Part shown: positions 62,741-64,000 of the stretch, piece after piece
Layout: every line of letters starts with the position of its first letter
How positions within the stretch are numbered: the stretch's first letter is position 1
NCBI GenBank assembly: GCA_964035545.1
Contig: OZ037767.1
Location: 22,460,628 to 22,524,627 of the forward strand
DNA length: 64,000 nt
Source of the DNA: Bugula neritina
Lineage: Eukaryota > Animalia > Bryozoa
Direction of reading: 5' to 3'
Notes under the pieces: model-generated
What the model was told of the DNA's origin: nothing
Seen by the model: the letters and a program-made list of their open reading frames with translations, nothing else
The model's database searches: none
Program-made: the position numbers and the translations under genes

Positions 62741-64000
62741 TTCTATCTGTACGGTTCTACCCTTACTTTGCTGTGGGGAAAGCTACTTGGTTGACTGTAA
62801 AAACGTAGTTGTAGGTGCAGTGATGAAGAAATTGAGAAAAACTATGTGTTATAATAAGTTATAAATTTTGCAAAAAAGACTTTTTTTAGCAAGTTTAAAC
62901 AGAACTTATTTAGAAAATTAAAAAAATTAGGCTATCTTAATTTCTCCACTACTGCACCAACTGACAAAAGCATTTTTATATTATGCATATATTTTAGCTT
63001 TTATACATGCATCTCAATAAAATTATGTCTTTTTGTAATGTATATTACTAGGTATCTAGTACACTTTTAAATGCTTCATTCTTTCGCAAAATAATAACAA
63101 TAACTATTTTTATGGAACAAAATTGATGTATTATTATCTGTTAATTATTGTTATTAGTTTTTTCAAGTTTTCTATGCCAACATGCCTTTGTTTAATACTT
63201 GCTAACTATAATAAAAAGTCTTCATGTAGAAACAGTTATTATACAACTAGTCATTTAGGAGTGGGAAGTATTGAATAGAAGACAAAAGTGTTCCTACCCA
63301 ATTTTTAACTCATGTTTCATGCACATAGGAAAATTTTATGGCAGTGCTTGAGATTGTAATTGAGTTAACAAGATAATATTCTTTTAATTACTAAAAAGTT
63401 GTACTTTTCTGTTACAATTTCAGATAAATATTTTCATGTCGAGAAACCAAAATCAGTCGTTCACAAATTTATTAAATATATGTAAATACTTTCAGCTATA
63501 AAATTGTGCACCTGTAACCGCTTAATAATAGCAGCTACTGTCTGCATGTGAAAGGTTTCATAAACATAAAAAGTGCTAGAATTTTTGTTAAGCTGCAACG
63601 TTTTTTTCCATAGAAACTGTTTATTCTACTGATTTCTTTTTTAAGAACAACAGCCTAATAATTAAATAAAATACATTGCTGACAAATTTATGTATTACTG
63701 TGAAAGTAAGATGGAAACGTGTTGAATAAGTTGCATAATCTCACAAGTACAAATAAAAAAAGTTAGGCTTTTCTGCCATGAAAGTTTATACTAGGAATTT
63801 TTATAAAATAACCACAACAAGTCTGATGATTTGTAAAATTTTGGATACTTTTTAGGTAAATGGTTAACAAAGCTATAAAAAAATTTCCTAAGAGTCACTT
63901 AATTACTGCAATGTCAAATATATGTATGATTTTTACATTCGTTTAAAAGTTTATTTTGTTTTGTAAATAATTATACGAGCATTTGCTATCACATTATTGC

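Overview
AT-rich, intron-containing animal genomic DNA, probably an invertebrate (taxon not determinable from this window). Exon-intron structures were reconstructed by hand from GT-AG sites and reading-frame phase. The genes are: SIGMAR1 (minus strand, 3' end outside the window); a ~1,470-aa C2H2 zinc-finger protein (minus); HTATSF1 with an internally duplicated exon (minus); importin alpha of the alpha-1 subfamily (plus); an FKRP/LicD-family nucleotidyltransferase (plus); and two tandem paralogues of a BRICHOS-domain precursor (plus). There are also a decayed near-full-length LINE, several MITEs, tRNA-derived SINE copies and many mini/microsatellites. The top finding is the BRICHOS pair. Each ends in a dibasic site followed by a cysteine-free, +5, strictly alternating Ile/polar 17-mer (RIKWPKITITIKITIRF and RIKWPKIKITITITIRF), a candidate new family of beta-strand host-defence or self-assembling peptides that the ORF track does not show. 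A second theme is intronic minisatellites in the zinc-finger gene built from 5' splice-site sequences.
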